Source: Phyllobates terribilis (lineage: Eukaryota). Taken from it: 64,000 bases of DNA. Below the pieces are notes generated by a model, which did not search any database, had not been told where the DNA came from, and was given only the letters and a program-made list of their open reading frames with translations. A program made the translations under genes and the position numbers. Every line of letters begins with the position of its first letter. Positions within the stretch are counted from its first letter, which is position 1. Where the stretch lies: assembly GCF_046119375.1 (NCBI RefSeq), contig NW_027362761.1:571826001-571890000 (forward strand). The letters are read 5' to 3'. Shown piece after piece: positions 62,659 to 64,000 of the stretch.

Positions 62659-63690
62659 TAGTGTTGAGCCACCCCCGTAGTGTTCGAGTTCGGTTCGGTT
62701 CGTCGAACACCCGTGTGTTCGCCGAACTGTTCGTCGAACTGTTCGTCGAACACCTTCGAACACCGTTAAAACCAATGGCAGGCAAACAAAAGCACATAGA
62801 AACACATAGAAAACACCTTCAAAGTTGTCCAAAAGCTGACAAACTGCTCAGAAGACACAACTAACACATGGAAAAGTGACAAGTACATATAGTCATGCGA
62901 AAATAAAAGAGGTGGAGGAGTAAAAGGAGGGGGAGACATAGATATAGGCATGTCATGCCCTTCTAAAATCCAAAAAGTGAGAAGCCGACACGGCCAGTCC
63001 GCTTCTGCCCGTGCCACCTCCGTGTCGCCGGGTTTGTGCCAGAGCCGCGGTGAACCCTGACGGCCAGCCCCCCTCTCCCAATACTGGTGCCTGTCCGCTG
63101 GTGGGTCGAGCGAGCCCCCCTGTGGTGGAGGCAGCTCTAAGCTTTTTAATTTAAATTGTCTCTCTAATTTGAATGAATACACTTTAAATCCATTTACAAG
63201 GATCTATTGGAGGGCAAGTCTCATGCCAGCAGCCGCGTAATTCCAGCTCCAGTAGCGTCCACTAAAGCTGCTGCAGTTAAAAAGCTTTTATAAGGATCGA
63301 GCTCGGCTGTCCACCGCAAGGCATCCTACTGCCAGTCCCAGCCCCTATGCCTTGGGGTGCCTCCTGATGCTCTTCACTGAGTATCCCATGGTCCCGAAGC
63401 ATTTCCTTTGAAAAAATTAAGTGTCTAAACTACAGGTGGTGTAGCTTGCTTAACAGCCGGGATAATCCGCTGACTAGCAGACACTGCTACTAGGCACAAA
63501 GTATTTCCTGGGCTAGATGCAGTTAAAAATTTGTAATTAGATACTCTCGTTGGATGCTGAGAAAGCATTCCATAGAGTCTCCTGGCACGCCATATATGAT
63601 TCTCTTAAAAAGCTTGGGGTAGGGGTCTAGGGGACCCTTTTATAGCCAAAATCACGGCCCTGTATCGCAATACGTCACCTAGGCTGAAGA
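62659..63690 (-). mobile_element. 3' end of a hAT-type element, which terminates the satellite
   Basis: TAGTGTTGAGC terminus with repeated GTTCG/CGAAC motifs. 63431-63545 is a reverse-complement match to the hAT-internal sequence at 13495-13585. Confidence 0.7.
63165..63429 (+). pseudogene. RNA18S: Degenerate 18S rRNA fragment (helix 18 through V4)
   Basis: ACTTTAAATCC...ATTGGAGGGCAAGTCTCATGCCAGCAGCCGCGTAATTCCAGCTCCAGTAGCG...TGCAGTTAAAAAGCT...CCCGAAGCATTTCCTTTGAAAAAATTA is colinear with eukaryotic 18S. It has substitutions and indels in universally conserved positions and no flanking rDNA. Confidence 0.92.
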
Positions 63691-63700
63691 TAAATGGAAC

Positions 63701-64000
63701 TGTAGCACCCTGAGGGCTCGGTTGCTACAGACGTATTGCACCTCACCCAGAGGTGTGATATCTCACTCTCAGGTAAGGATGGAGTGTGGATCAGGACCCG
63801 ACACCTGCATGCATTACACCACATTGCCGTGGGGCAGGGCGACCAATATGCCCCTGAGATGGGCACGACAGTCCCTGTCCCTGGCTGGAGTGGGGGGAGG
63901 GAACACTGAGGAAGGGGAACCCTGTAGTGCAGGAGCAGGGAGGAAGCAGTTCCTGGGTGCATTGAGAAGGGAGTATAAAAGGTGGGCACCATCTTAGTTC
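63701..64000 (+). mobile_element. Probable start of another LTR (runs off the window)
   Basis: TGTAGCACCC...GGTTGCTACA short hairpin start and TATAAAA near 63974. Confidence 0.45.

Noticed and set aside
40710-62832. Giant ORFs (up to 1710 aa) resembling Cys-rich keratin-associated, His-rich or mucin-like proteins
   Set aside because: They are an arithmetic consequence of a stop-free 30-bp monomer. They are open on both strands and in several frames at once, and break at random indels.
63165-63429. Functional 18S rRNA gene
   Set aside because: Only ~265 bp long, mutated in invariant positions (CTCATGCC for CTGGTGCC; GCG-TAA for GCGGTAA), with no adjoining rDNA.

Overview
Eukaryotic, repeat-saturated genomic DNA, most likely from a frog. 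This is inferred from the TTAA-targeting T2/Kolobok-type MITEs, a V-SINE-like element, TAG(A/T)G(A/T)TG(A/G)GC-ended hAT elements and an amphibian-looking 18S V4 fragment. No host protein-coding gene could be identified with confidence. Left to right the window holds: a solo LTR and L2 fragments; palindromic MITEs; three copies of a DD38E (Intruder-type) Tc1 transposon, two of them fused head-to-head; a hAT deletion derivative filled with a ~110-bp tandem repeat; an Ngaro-type SGNH-hydrolase remnant; a piggyBac element with a nearly intact transposase; a 35-bp minisatellite; a mostly unique ~19.6-29.2 kb stretch with MITEs, a SINE and a TAATTA-site cluster; a decayed hAT transposon with scrambled internal fragments; and a young full-length chromodomain Ty3/Gypsy element (420-bp LTRs, GTCCT TSD, Tf1/sushi self-priming signature). 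After that comes a ~22-kb array of a 30-bp satellite, which generates all the giant artefactual ORFs and carries a DD35E (Traveler-type) Tc1 insertion with an open ORF. The window ends with a hAT end that appears to carry a captured 18S rRNA fragment, followed by the start of another LTR. All comparisons were made by eye; no database searches were run.
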